Of a DNA stretch of 63,769 nt, positions 39,620-52,876 are shown one piece after another (position 1 is the stretch's first letter; each line of letters begins with the position of its first letter). This DNA is from Octopus bimaculoides (taxonomy: Eukaryota): positions 124,583,051-124,646,819 of the forward strand of contig NC_068984.1 in NCBI RefSeq assembly GCF_001194135.2, read 5' to 3'. The notes under the pieces were generated by a model. The model did no database searches and was not told where the DNA came from. It worked only from the letters and a program-made list of their open reading frames with translations. The position numbers and the translations under genes were made by a program.

Positions 39620-39770
39620 ACTTCCTCCGTCTTCCCTTCCTTTCGACGTTCCTCTATTTCTGACGAAGAGCTTTGCTCGAAACTATAAATCCTGTTTCCT
39701 TACTTTCCTGAGCGTCTGAGAATACAGTACTTTCTACAACATCCTTGCGTTATTGTTCTTTCTTGTTTGT
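39620..39770 (+). mobile_element. Penelope-like terminal-repeat remnant with intact hammerhead core
   Basis: CTGACGA-A-GAGC-TTT-GCTC-GAAAC at 39660-39683, followed by TTCCTGAGCGT. Stems I and III are degenerate. Confidence 0.65.
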
Positions 39771-39806
39771 TCTTCTTTGTTTGGATTCACTATATATACA
39801 TACATG

Positions 39807-39885
<79 letters not shown>

Positions 39886-40374
39886 TTATGTTGTGTAATA
39901 AACTTACAATTTGCTGTCCAAGGCTCTTCTCCGGGTATAAGCTACCAAATGTTATTGTTCAGTAGTAGGACTTCTCCAATTACTGGCTATAAATGTAGAT
40001 GTCCGCCAATATCGGTAGAGTATAAGCACACATCGTTAATGCGAAAAGGTGGATTGAACACGCTTTATTAAATATCACAGCAATTATTTGAACGTATCAT
40101 TACCAGCTGTTAATTGCTGAATGTTACCCATATTATACCAAATATTGTTTTAATATGATTCATCAATAGTTGCATACATGCGCATTCTCGAATGCCCCCT
40201 GTCAATGCACTGCTTTTTCGTCTATAGTTTCTCCACACACCGGTACCGAAATACCATATGCTCATACCCATACAGAAATACTATTTTAAGTATTCTGCTG
40301 ACATATAGGAACAAGGAAATACCATACATACACGTATACATACCAACATACACACATAGATAGGTAAATACATA

Positions 40375-40437
<63 letters not shown>

Positions 40438-41065
40438 GTAGGAGTGTGTGTGTGTTTGTATATGTATGTATGTATGTATTTTTGTTTCAACATTCACTTC
40501 ATATCTTTTCTGTCTATACTTCTCACACTCACCGCCTAAGTTCTCTAACATTTCTCTACACCCTAACTGCATCTTTTATCATCTCCATCTCCGCGCTCAG
40601 TCTCCATCGCATCAGATGCCCTCTAACCTGAGACACTCATCACTACTAGCTCCAGTAAACATCTTTTCGGCGTTAAGTTTCTTTACTAAAGCGACAACCG
40701 ACTATTTGCATTCGCATTAAGCATAAACGAACTTACATTTAGAGACAAATATACATTTTTATGCGTGCGTGAGTATCTGTTTGTGTGAGCGCGCACGCCC
40801 GAGTGTGCGTGTGTGTGGTATGTGTGTGTATGTGTTTGGGGGTGTGTATGTGTGACTGCGCGTGAGCGTGTGCAGCCCAGAGTCAACACGAAAAAGGGAG
40901 CTGTCATTACTGAGATTTGAGATCAGAACAGACGAATAAACACGAATAAACAAAAAGGTGAGGCTCTGCGGCTCCATTTTAAGCTTAGTCGTGTAGTCGT
41001 GGTAACTGCTCATAGCTAACGAACTTTGCATCATACACATATAATTGTATGTTTATGTGCATGTA

Positions 41066-41124
<59 letters not shown>

Positions 41125-41195
41125 ATTATTATTATTAATATACACACACACACACAGTGTATAGAGTGTTTGAAGTGATGTACAGAGCGAGCAGT

Positions 41196-41249
41196 CCTCT
41201 CTGACGAAGCCTATGGAAATAGGCGAAACTAAATGTTTAGTCTTACAGA
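41196..41249 (+). ncRNA. Hammerhead-ribozyme-like motif (type I layout); stem I appears broken
   Basis: CTGACGA(41201-07), extra A, GCCTAT/ATAGGC stem II, GAAAC(41225-29), ACTAA(ATGT)TTAGT stem III and a GUC triplet (41240-42). Confidence 0.6.
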
Positions 41250-41322
41250 TTCTCGTGTCGATGATGGGGCAGTTGCAACCCCTGTCAGCATGTGTGTACA
41301 GATTTACGTGCTTCCTACACGT

Positions 41323-42076
41323 GACGAGAAAAGGAAGGCAGGAATACGAGATGGATCTCAAATAAGAACACTTCTCAGAGATCTACAGTTTGTTACGACA
41401 ATGTGTGTGGCGGAGGCTAGAGCTTAGAATGCCTTCTCTGATGAGGTGCGGAATTTCCTTGGGAACAGGAAAGCTGACAAATATTAAGAGATTGTGCAGG
41501 AGCTGGTCTCGAGTTTTCAAGCACTTGGATGTCGAATGAGCGTTCAATTGCATTGCTAACACAGTCACTTGGGTGAGTTTCCAGAGAACTTGGGTGATGT
41601 TAGCGAAGAACATGGTGAACACATTCATCAAGATGTAAAAGTAATTGAAAAACGCTACCAAGGCCGATGGGGCTTAAACATGGCAGATTACTGCTGGAGC
41701 TTGATGAAAGATGTTCCAGAAGCTGTGCACGAGAGATCGTCAAAAACGAGGAAGTTCTTGTAGCGATAAGATGATCAGAATGAATAACCACGTATTCATA
41801 TTTTGTTATAACCAAGCTTAATTCTTGCATGCGAATGTGCCTTTACGCCCACAGCTTTGTGTTTTGATTTATAAAATTAAAAGTAAGACATATTGTCTAT
41901 TAAAAATTGCGTCTACATATGTTTAATTCTTCCCTTATGAGCATTAAATAGCTGTTTCTAGAAACTGTAAAAGATTTTATACCTCAAAAATCTGGTGCCA
42001 GATTTGGATTCAGCACCCCGAAATTAGATAAAAACCACTGATAAACTTTGTGCCACAAAATATGTGTTGATCAGTG
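41323..42076 (+). mobile_element. Chapaev3-like (CMC superfamily) DNA transposon, 3' portion, decayed
   Basis: GIRDGSQIR...LGCRMSVQLHC*HSHLGEFPENLGDVSEEHGEHIHQDVKVIEKRYQGRW..MADYCWSL. Ends ...CAGTG followed by TTA (TWA target). Family name is from recalled motifs. Confidence 0.75.
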
Positions 42077-42850
42077 TTATAAGCAACACTACCTCGTCTC
42101 AAACATACGCATACATATATATCCGACTAAGACAAAGATGAAAGAGAGACGGAAAGAGATAACAAATATTCACTAAAAGTTAAATATATTCTGCAAATAA
42201 AATATGGTTCTAAGCACTGTCCTCGGGAAGGTTGACAATGTGGACAAACCTGGTTGTAACGTATAAGTCCTTTCTTCGCGTAGGAAGTCATCCATTGCTA
42301 TTTAAACATCCTGTCTTTATACTAATACGTTTAAGGACGCAGGAAGCCTATGTAAATCTCAACTCCTTAATAATATTAAAGAAATAGTAGTAATAGGAAC
42401 TAACGAGCAGTTTAATTCCATAAGTCATTATGACATGTAAAATAGATATTAATCCGCACTTAACATAGCTCTGTGGTCGTCTCTGGTAAAACGCCGCTTT
42501 TATCAAGGACTGTACAAATATCCAATTAAATAAGTGTTATTTAAAAAGGATTTTCTGTAAAGTATCATTTTGTTCATTACTATGATAACTGAGTGTTAGC
42601 ATTGTTTGAGAAAAACCTTCTTTATAAGACTATATTAATGAGTAAGCTAATCGATCTGTATCGATTTCGATGGTTTTTCCAAGAAAATATAGCTTCAAAA
42701 ATATTCATATCTTTTGGCTATATATCATCTCTTTGAACACAAAATTTCAATAGTTATATAAAAAAATGTCACATATGCACGCACACATGCACACACACGC
42801 ACACACATTCAATTACACATACACATTTATTATATGAAAAATATATAAAT

Positions 42851-43008
42851 AGGCGCAGGAGTGGCTATTTAAGCAAGCAGCTTGCTTATCAACCACATAG
42901 TTCTGGGTTCAGTCCCGCTGCGTGGTACAATGGGCAAGTGTCTTCTACTATAGCTTCGGGCAGACCAAAGCCTTGTGAGTGGATTTGGTAGACGGAAACT
43001 GACAGAGG
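42851..43008 (+). mobile_element. tRNA-derived SINE, family B (5' half)
   Basis: Homologous to 23773-23935. Confidence 0.88.
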
Positions 43009-43020
43009 CGAGAAACTTAA

Positions 43021-43202
43021 AGGCGGTGAGCTGGCAGAAACGTTAGCACACCGGACGAAATGCTTAGCGGTATTTCGTCTGCCGCAACTTTTTTGAGTTC
43101 AAATTCTACCGAGGTCGACTTTGTCTTTCATCCTTTCGGGGTCGATAAATTAAGTACCAGTTACGCACTGGGGTTGATGTAATCGACTTTGTCCCTTTGT
43201 CT
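43021..43202 (+). mobile_element. tRNA-derived SINE, family A
   Basis: AGGCGGTGAGCTGGCAGAAACGTTAGC head and central domain. Truncated by a gap. Confidence 0.92.
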
Positions 43203-43716
43203 NNNNNNNNNNNNNNNNNNNNNNNNNNNNNNNNNNNNNNNNNNNNNNNNNNNNNNNNNNNNNNNNNNNNNNNNNNNNNNNNNNNNNNNNNNNNNNNNNN
43301 NNNNNNNNNNNNNNNNNNNNNNNNNNNNNNNNNNNNNNNNNNNNNNNNNNNNNNNNNNNNNNNNNNNNNNNNNNNNNNNNNNNNNNNNNNNNNNNNNNNN
43401 NNNNNNNNNNNNNNNNNNNNNNNNNNNNNNNNNNNNNNNNNNNNNNNNNNNNNNNNNNNNNNNNNNNNNNNNNNNNNNNNNNNNNNNNNNNNNNNNNNNN
43501 NNNNNNNNNNNNNNNNNNNNNNNNNNNNNNNNNNNNNNNNNNNNNNNNNNNNNNNNNNNNNNNNNNNNNNNNNNNNNNNNNNNNNNNNNNNNNNNNNNNN
43601 NNNNNNNNNNNNNNNNNNNNNNNNNNNNNNNNNNNNNNNNNNNNNNNNNNNNNNNNNNNNNNNNNNNNNNNNNNNNNNNNNNNNNNNNNNNNNNNNNNNN
43701 NNNNNNNNNNNNNNNN

Positions 43717-43717
<1 letters not shown>

Positions 43718-43786
<69 letters not shown>

Positions 43787-44068
43787 GTGGCATTTCATCG
43801 TGTGTCCGATGATTTATCTGGCTTTTTCTTGACCGCTTCTTCCACTCTGTCCGTGTTTATGCCTCTGATGGAAATGTCTATTGCAAGGTTCACAAGGTAT
43901 CCGTGGTGGAGGCTTTGTTTGTTGCAGCCTCCATTTACTTTCATGTCATTTCTCTCCTTCTTTCCTACGTCGTTCAGTTTCAAAATGATCTGTCGCAGTG
44001 AAGATGGAAGGAAGCTATCTGGGCCTGTCTTGAGCATCAATGTCCCAGGCTTTGGGATCGATTGTATG
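43718..44068 (-). mobile_element. RTE (BovB-like) LINE 3' end with (GCC)n(GAC)n tail
   Basis: IDPKAWDIDAQDRPR*...ETERRRKEGEK*...LQQTKPPPRIPCEPCNRHFH matches the RTE ORF C-terminal W...A.DR..W and C-x2-C motifs. Confidence 0.8.
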
Positions 44069-44086
44069 TTATATGTTATATATATA

Positions 44087-44159
<73 letters not shown>

Positions 44160-44217
44160 TTTGTGTTAGCATGTGTGTGTGTATGCATGTGTACGTGTGT
44201 AAGTATGTGTGTGTATA

Positions 44218-45146
44218 TATTGAGTCATCCCACAAATAATGCAGTTTTTTCAATTTCCCGAACTAAAAGTCAGAGGGGGACAGGATAAACTACCTGCATC
44301 AACTCGCTATAAAAGCAGGTAGTAATTTCCCCTTGTGCTTATTCTTAGTGTAAATTTTTAAGAGTTCAGTTCGATTTTAACGGTTATTTTTTCAAAGCTA
44401 TAATGGAAGTGACAAACGAACATATTCGGCATACTTTGCTTTATAGTTTTAATAAAGGCAATGACACAACGGAAAGTGCGAAGAATATTAACGCAGTATA
44501 TGGGGATCGGAGAATATGTGTAAGCCAGTGTCAACGGTGGTTCCAGAAATTCAGAGCCGGAGACTACTGACTAGAAGACGAGCCTAATCCTGGAAGATCT
44601 GTAGAGCTCGACGAGGATGTCCTGCAAACCCTAGTAGAACAAGATCTTATCGTAACCTTTGAGGAACTAGCAGAGAAGCTTGGATTGGGTCATTTAATCA
44701 GTGATCATCACCTGCATGTCATCGGAAAATGACCATCCTTGGTTTCAAGATGAAAGGTGTTCTTCCATCAGGATAATGCCCGATCACATACAGCGAGGAT
44801 AACATTCCAAAGGCTGGAGTAGTTTGAATGGGAAACGATGCCCTACTCACCATATTCGCCGGACATTGCCCCATCTGATTATAATTTATTCCGCAGTCTT
44901 CAAACTCATTTGGACGGATGAAATAAGAATTCTGTAGACGAGGTCAGAACATGACTAGAGGAGTATTTTTCGTCACGAACAAATGAATTTTGGAAGAGGG
45001 GCTTTGCAAGTCTACCAGATAGATGGAAGAGCATTGTAGAAAATAAAGGAAAGTATATTGTAGATTAAAAAAGAACTTTGTTTATCTTAATTTTGAAAAA
45101 TAAAAGAAGTATTAAAAAACCGCATTGTTTACAGGATGACCCAATA
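44218..45146 (+). mobile_element. Mariner DNA transposon with both TIRs, internally deleted transposase (44403-45068)
   Basis: TIRs TATTGAGTCATCCCACAAATAATGCAG and CCGCATTGTTTACAGGATGACCCAATA. Peptides MEVTNEHIRHTLLY..., HQDNARSHT, YSPYSPDIAPSDY and RWKSIVENKGKY. In-frame stops present. Confidence 0.95.
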
Positions 45147-45259
45147 TATTGTCAATATCTGCTGAAGTAACAGAGTGATTCAAGGACCGNNNNNNNNNNN
45201 NNNNNNNNNNNNNNNNNNNNNNNNNNNNNNNNNNNNNNNNNNNNNNNNNNNNNNNNNNN

Positions 45260-45313
<54 letters not shown>

Positions 45314-45980
45314 CGCAAGATATTATCATATCATCGTCATTACATTTTAAATCTTCGTTCCAATATTGTTAAGTTTCTTTTAACTCTTATCCACAAAAAC
45401 TTTTCGCTAGACTATTGATACGATAAGATATTTAATAAGAAAAGCATTAGGATAGGTGCAGTTACACCAACATATTCCAATGCCATACAAGAAACACTTC
45501 TGGTACGAACACGTGAAACTCTTCTCTATGTAATTGTGATGACCCAAATACTTCCCTCTCCATGGTTTGTGTTTTTCTTGAGCACTAGTCTAGGCTTAAA
45601 TTGCAGTGAAACACAAATGCTTGTGCGATTTACTGAAAACTTCCTGAAAAGAAGACTCTTGTAGCGTATGTATACACTGAGATAATCAGTGATACCTCAC
45701 CACTTCACAATGGAAATATATTCGGATTGTAATGGATAATAAGGTAACTGATAATGACGTCAATTGGCCCAAATCATTCCCCAACTTCCTATATAAGCTG
45801 CTCATAAATGTGCGTTCGCTTTCGGTCAGAGAAATAATACATGTTGTTGAAAATGTTTTGCATAAATCCTTAGATGTATTCTCGAACGGAAGAACGCCTT
45901 TTGTTGTACTCAATCTTTTAATTCTGTGTTTGTGTGTATGTGTGTATGTGTGTGTGTGCGTGTGTTTCGATGGATGTATG

Positions 45981-46041
<61 letters not shown>

Positions 46042-46547
46042 AGAGAGATAGAGAGATGCATAGATAGATAGATAGATAGATAGACATAGATATAGAGGTG
46101 TGTGCGTGTAAACACACACACACACACATATATACATATATGTATATATANNNNNNNNNNNNNNNNNNNNNNNNNNNNNNNNNNNNNNNNNNNNNNNNNN
46201 NNNNNNNNNNNNNNNNNNNNNNNNNNNNNNNNNNNNNNNNNNNNNNNNNNNNNNNNNNNNNNNNNNNNNNNNNNNNNNNNATATGTATACATACATACAA
46301 ACATACATTCATACAGAACCATGTTAACATATCTCTCTACCCCACTAACGATGCACCTTTATCTCATTCTTATCTACACCAGTCCCCTAAACTTTGTCCC
46401 GGTATACTTGTCTCTTTAGCAACTTCTCGATCTTCTACCAATTCTCTTTTACTTTTTGTCAGTTTGTCCGTCTGTCTGTTTGACTATCTCTCCTTGTCTC
46501 TGCCTGCCCCGCTTTCTTTCTCTCCCCCTCTCTCTCACTCTATCTAC

Positions 46548-46606
<59 letters not shown>

Positions 46607-46706
46607 CCTAATTATCTGCGTATCTATTTACCTGTATTTGACACGACACACCCAACTACATACGTACAATATATATGTACACAAACACACACACATACAA
46701 ACACAC

Positions 46707-46745
<39 letters not shown>

Positions 46746-46994
46746 TTACGTATGTATTCATAAATATTACACAACCATACTTACACAATATTCCATTCTT
46801 CTTCTTCTTCTTCTTCTTCTTCTTCTTCTTCTTCTTCTTCTTCTTCTTCTTTTTCTCCATGTCTTATCACCAACCCACCTTCACGTCTTTTCTCCACCTC
46901 CCTTTCAGATATCCGCCACCAGACTCCCCACCGCTACGAAATCACCTATCGCCTTATCTTAGCTTCTATTTCTATCTAAGCCGCCCCACCCATC

Positions 46995-46998
46995 GTCA

Positions 46999-47046
<48 letters not shown>

Positions 47047-47179
47047 ACCTACCACTACTACTACCACTACTACTACTACTATCACCTCCAACACCAACAC
47101 CACTTCCACCAATACTACTAAATTCCACTCCAACTACTACTACCTCCACCACCATGATCACCACCACAACCACCACCAT

Positions 47180-47227
<48 letters not shown>

Positions 47228-47463
47228 TACTAACGCATCCGTTTCCTTTATCAGCTAAATAAAGCTACTACCACCCTAACAGCCAAGTAGTACTTCTAAC
47301 AACATCATCATCATCGGTACTGCTAGCTACTTGCGCCAACACCACCTATACTACCACCGCTATAACATTATCACGGCGACAACGACAATGACGACGACGA
47401 CGACGACGACGATCACCACCACCACCACCACTACCACCACCACCACCACCACCACAACCACCA
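46995..47463. repeat. (ACT)n/(ACC)n/(ACG)n compound microsatellite
   Basis: Directly visible. Confidence 0.95.
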
Positions 47464-48541
47464 NNNNNNNNNNNNNNNNNNNNNNNNNNNNNNNNNNNNN
47501 NNNNNNNNNNNNNNNNNNNNNNNNNNNNNNNNNNNNNNNNNNNNNNNNNNNNNNNNNNNNNNNNNNNNNNNNNNNNNNNNNNNNNNNNNNNNNNNNNNNN
47601 NNNNNNNNNNNNNNNNNNNNNNNNNNNNNNNNNNNNNNNNNNNNNNNNNNNNNNNNNNNNNNNNNNNNNNNNNNNNNNNNNNNNNNNNNNNNNNNNNNNN
47701 NNNNNNNNNNNNNNNNNNNNNNNNNNNNNNNNNNNNNNNNNNNNNNNNNNNNNNNNNNNNNNNNNNNNNNNNNNNNNNNNNNNNNNNNNNNNNNNNNNNN
47801 NNNNNNNNNNNNNNNNNNNNNNNNNNNNNNNNNNNNNNNNNNNNNNNNNNNNNNNNNNNNNNNNNNNNNNNNNNNNNNNNNNNNNNNNNNNNNNNNNNNN
47901 NNNNNNNNNNNNNNNNNNNNNNNNNNNNNNNNNNNNNNNNNNNNNNNNNNNNNNNNNNNNNNNNNNNNNNNNNNNNNNNNNNNNNNNNNNNNNNNNNNNN
48001 NNNNNNNNNNNNNNNNNNNNNNNNNNNNNNNNNNNNNNNNNNNNNNNNNNNNNNNNNNNNNNNNNNNNNNNNNNNNNNNNNNNNNNNNNNNNNNNNNNNN
48101 NNNNNNNNNNNNNNNNNNNNNNNNNNNNNNNNNNNNNNNNNNNNNNNNNNNNNNNNNNNNNNNNNNNNNNNNNNNNNNNNNNNNNNNNNNNNNNNNNNNN
48201 NNNNNNNNNNNNNNNNNNNNNNNNNNNNNNNNNNNNNNNNNNNNNNNNNNNNNNNCCACCACCACCACCACCACCTCTATTAACACTACTAGTTCTATTA
48301 CTATTATCACCAAAACCACGTCTATCACTACAAACTCCAACTCTAATGTCAAGAGTGCCGCCACCGTAACCGTGACTTTTACACTACCTCCACCTCCACC
48401 AGTACTGTCTCATTATCAAGACTACTAACACCAGCACCAGCACCAGCACCAGCACCAACACCACCACTACAATAACCACCACTTACACTATCATCATTAC
48501 TACCAATACCATCACCACCAGCACCACCACTGCAATCACTG

Positions 48542-48729
48542 CAACATCGCTTGACAACCGATGCTGGTGTGTTTACGTCCCCGTCAACTAGCGTTTCGGC
48601 AAAAAGAGAACGATAGAATAAGTACAAGGCTTACAGAGATTAAGTCATGGGGGGTAGATTTATCGACTAAAGGTGTTGCTCCAGCATGGCCGCAGTCAAA
48701 TGACTGAAACAAGTAAGAGAATAAAAGAA
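48542..48729 (+). mobile_element. SINE 3' half, family C
   Basis: CAACATCGCTTGACAACCGATGCTGG...CCAGCATGGCCGCAGTCAAATGACTGAAAC. Confidence 0.88.
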
Positions 48730-49869
48730 TATATTAGATAGTTTATTATGGATTAGAGTGAGTGTTGACATAGTATTCACTAGAGGGAGCTGGTGTCAAT
48801 CAAAAAACCTGAATTGCAGAAAACGCAGTCATTTGTATAGTTGTATATGTGTGAGAGTGAGTTGTCCAATACATATATCAACGAAATCAGCTCGGTCTTC
48901 CATATTCAGTGGGTTTAGTGATGCTGGATGATACTGTTATATTTTTATGCATTGCCTTGCGTTGGCTTCGGTCCTCATGTTATTGATGGTGTCGCAAGGG
49001 GCCGCCGTCGTTACATATAATCTGTCGTGGGCGTTTTTAGTCCTGGCAGACTTCATTACCCTTTAGATGAGTCTGAATCCGATTTTTCTTTTTTTTTTTT
49101 TCATAAAGGGAGATAGAAGGAGACCTAGGTAATGAAAGAGTTAGAGGAAGTGAAGAATCGAACCTAGTACCGGACTAGTAATTATATTTAGTGATCCTGA
49201 AATGAGAAAAGGCAGAGTTGACGTCGGTTTGATTTGAACTCAGAGCGAAGGGAGTCGGATGAAGTAACGCAAGGCAATCAATCAATCCCATATTTTAGNN
49301 NNNNNNNNNNNNNNNNNNNNNNNNNNNNNNNNNNNNNNNNNNNNNNNNNNNNNNNNNNNNNNNNNNNNNNNNNNNNNNNNNNNNNNNNNNNNNNNNNNNN
49401 NNNNNNNNNNNNNNNNNNNNNNNNNNNNNNNNNNNNNNNNNNNNNNNNNNNNNNNNNNNNNNNNNNNNNNNNNNNNNNNNNNNNNNNNNNNNNNNNNNNN
49501 NNNNNNNNNNNNNNNNNNNNNNNNNNNNNNNNNNNNNNNNNNNNNNNNNNNNNNNNNNNNNNNNNNNNNNNNNNNNNNNNNNNNNNNNNNNNNNNNNNNN
49601 NNNNNNNNNNNNNNNNNNNNNNNNNNNNNNNNNNNNNNNNNNNNNNNNNNNNNNNNNNNNNNNNNNNNNNNNNNNNNNNNNNNNNNNNNNNNNNNNNNNN
49701 NNNNNNNNNNNNNNNNNNNNNNNNNNNNNNNNNNNNNNNNNNNNNNNNNNNNNNNNNNNNNNNNNNNNNNNNNNNNNNNNNNNNNNNNNNNNNNNNNNNN
49801 NNNNNNNNNNNNNNNNNNNNNNNNNNNNNNNNNNNNNNNNNNNNNNNNNNNNNNNTATAGAGACAGACC

Positions 49870-50160
49870 GTGGAGGCGCAATAGCTCAATGGTTAGGGCA
49901 GCAGACTCACAGTCGTAGGATCGCGGTTTCGATACCCAGACCGGGCGTTGTGAGTGTTTATTGAGCGAAAACACTTAAAGCTCTCTCACTCTTTCTTCCT
50001 GTTTCTGTTGTATCTGTATTTCAAAGGGCCAGCTTTGTCACATGCTGTGTCACGCTGAATCTCCCCGAGAACTACGTTAAGAGTACACGTGTCTGTGGAG
50101 TGCTCAGCCACTAGCACATTGATTTCCATTGATCAGATCAGCTGGAACAGATGGAGTGCC
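49870..50160 (+). mobile_element. tRNA-derived SINE with long body
   Basis: A-box TAGCTCAATGG and B-box GGTTTCGATACC. The head shares GTGGAGGCGC.../GGTTAGGG with the 2625-2818 element. Confidence 0.8.
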
Positions 50161-50384
50161 ACACATATATACACCATGCTCATATGTGTTTGTGTGTATG
50201 ATTTTTGTTTGCATTTGTCATCTCCACCGCATGACAACCGGTGTTGGTTTTGTTTATGGCCTCATAACTTTGTGGTTTGCTATAAGACACAGAGAATAAA
50301 TATTAGAGGCTAAAATGACAGTACTGGCTGGGAGGCCAATTTGGTCGGCTAAACACTTCGAGACGAGGGAACAATAAGCAGGTG

Positions 50385-50525
50385 TATTAGTTTAACGTTC
50401 GGGAAGTATGAAAAAGTCTTTGACGTTTCAAGCCTACGCTTTTCGAGAGAAAAGAATGAGAGGGAAAAGAAATGGAGAGAACGAAAAGATAAAAAAAAAC
50501 AAAAAACAAAACGGAGAAAGATAAA
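50385..50525 (-). mobile_element. Penelope-like terminal-repeat remnant with degenerate hammerhead motif
   Basis: Minus strand 50454-50418 reads CTTTT-CTCTCGAA-AAGC-GTAG-GCTT-GAAAC-GT-C-AAAG. Confidence 0.6.
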
Positions 50526-50537
50526 AANNNNNNNNNN

Positions 50538-50578
<41 letters not shown>

Positions 50579-50759
50579 GTAGTTATGGAGCCGACTGCCA
50601 CCACCATAATATTTATAATACACAAATTAAAACTTTGCAAAATATTTTTAAATAACTACATAAAAAACCCTCTTTATCCTCCTTCGCTTATTCATCTTTG
50701 TGCACCTTCCTCTTTACCTCTTCCTCCTTCTCCGCCTACTGTACCTGGTACATCAACCA

Positions 50760-50761
50760 CA

Positions 50762-50807
<46 letters not shown>

Positions 50808-50877
50808 TTTAGTGGCTATTTTTATCTTTTTTATCGTATGTATTCGACTTACACTTCTCTCATCATCATCATCATCG

Positions 50878-50916
<39 letters not shown>

Positions 50917-51830
50917 CCATTATCAGAATCACCACTACAATCACCCCTACAACCAACACTACTACTGCCACAACCGCTACCACTGCCACCACGGCCACTA
51001 ACACCACGACCACCACCGTCGTTATAGTCAACATCATCATCATTATCACTATCCATCTCCACATCATCATTCTCATCATCCTCATCACCACCACCACCAC
51101 CACCACCACCACCNNNNNNNNNNNNNNNNNNNNNNNNNNNNNNNNNNNNNNNNNNNNNNNNNNNNNNNNNNNNNNNNNNNNNNNNNNNNNNNNNNNNNNN
51201 NNNNNNNNNNNNNNNNNNNNNNNNNNNNNNNNNNNNNNNNNNNNNNNNNNNNNNNNNNNNNNNNNNNNNNNNNNNNNNNNNNNNNNNNNNNNNNNNNNNN
51301 NNNNNNNNNNNNNNNNNNNNNNNNNNNNNNNNNNNNNNNNNNNNNNNNNNNNNNNNNNNNNNNNNNNNNNNNNNNNNNNNNNNNNNNNNNNNNNNNNNNN
51401 NNNNNNNNNNNNNNNNNNNNNNNNNNNNNNNNNNNNNNNNNNNNNNNNNNNNNNNNNNNNNNNNNNNNNNNNNNNNNNNNNNNNNNNNNNNNNNNNNNNN
51501 NNNNNNNNNNNNNNNNNNNNNNNNNNNNNNNNNNNNNNNNNNNNNNNNNNNNNNNNNNNNNNNNNNNNNNNNNNNNNNNNNNNNNNNNNNNNNNNNNNNN
51601 NNNNNNNNNNNNNNNNNNNNNNNNNNNNNNNNNNNNNNNNNNNNNNNNNNNNNNNNNNNNNNNNNNNNNNNNNNNNNNNNNNNNNNNNNNNNNNNNNNNN
51701 NNNNNNNNNNNNNNNNNNNNNNNNNNNNNNNNNNNNNNNNNNNNNNNNNNNNNNNNNNNNNNNNNNNNNNNNNNNNNNNNNNCACCACCATCACCACAAC
51801 CACCATCAACATCGTCATCGCCATCGTCAC

Positions 51831-51862
<32 letters not shown>

Positions 51863-51865
51863 ACC

Positions 51866-51901
<36 letters not shown>

Positions 51902-52165
51902 ACAACCTCATCATCATCATCATCTAAAGCAAAACAGCAAGAAAAGCAGTAGCAGTAGTAAGAGCAGCAACACCATGATCACCTTCATCATAAGTATCAT
52001 AATCTACACCGCTACCCTCGCCACAACAACAATAACAATAACAACAACATCAAGATCACTACTACAGCATCGACTTTATCACTAGCCTACCCCAACCACA
52101 AACTTCAATCAGCATCACCACCACCACCACCACAACCACCACCACCTCCTCCACCGCCACCACCA
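50760..52165. repeat. Trinucleotide (TAC/CAT/CAC) compound microsatellite field spanning a gap
   Basis: Directly visible. Confidence 0.93.
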
Positions 52166-52663
52166 CCATCACCTTCAATCAACAACGTTGAGTTCCTTTT
52201 TTTTTTATCGCTATTCTTCTTCCGACCACTTCCTCTTCCTTTATCTCTTCCTTTTTCTTTTGCCTTGCCTTCTACTTCTCCTCCTCCTGCTACTCTTACC
52301 TTCCTTGGCGGTCCATGGGCTGTGTGTTGTAAGACAGACTGATACCGACAGTAGGTTTTTTGCATACCACCAGATAGCAAAAGCGAAAGCTATCCATACG
52401 GACGACGATTTGTCCACCCAGAAACGGGTGGATTTAGGGGGAACAAAAACCAAAAAGAGAAAAAGAAAAAAAAAAGGACAACAAAAATTATCCAAACAGA
52501 AATGATAGTCATACACACCTTACATTAAAATAATACAATATACATACATTTAGGTGCATATATNNNNNNNNNNNNNNNNNNNNNNNNNNNNNNNNNNNNN
52601 NNNNNNNNNNNNNNNNNNNNNNNNNNNNNNNNNNNNNNNNNNNNNNNNNNNNNNNNNNNNNNN

Positions 52664-52694
<31 letters not shown>

Positions 52695-52805
52695 ATAACG
52701 GCGGTGCTCTAGCTAGGTCGCAGTCCTTGAGCTGAAACTAGAAAAGGAAAAGGAATTTTTCAAGCTGAGAACAAGATACACACACACACACACACACACA
52801 CAGAG

Positions 52806-52876
<71 letters not shown>

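Noticed and set aside
49870-49945. tRNA gene (also 2745-2818, 23773-23835, 42851-42920)
   Set aside because: A/B boxes are present but run into SINE bodies shared among copies, and no complete cloverleaf is evident.
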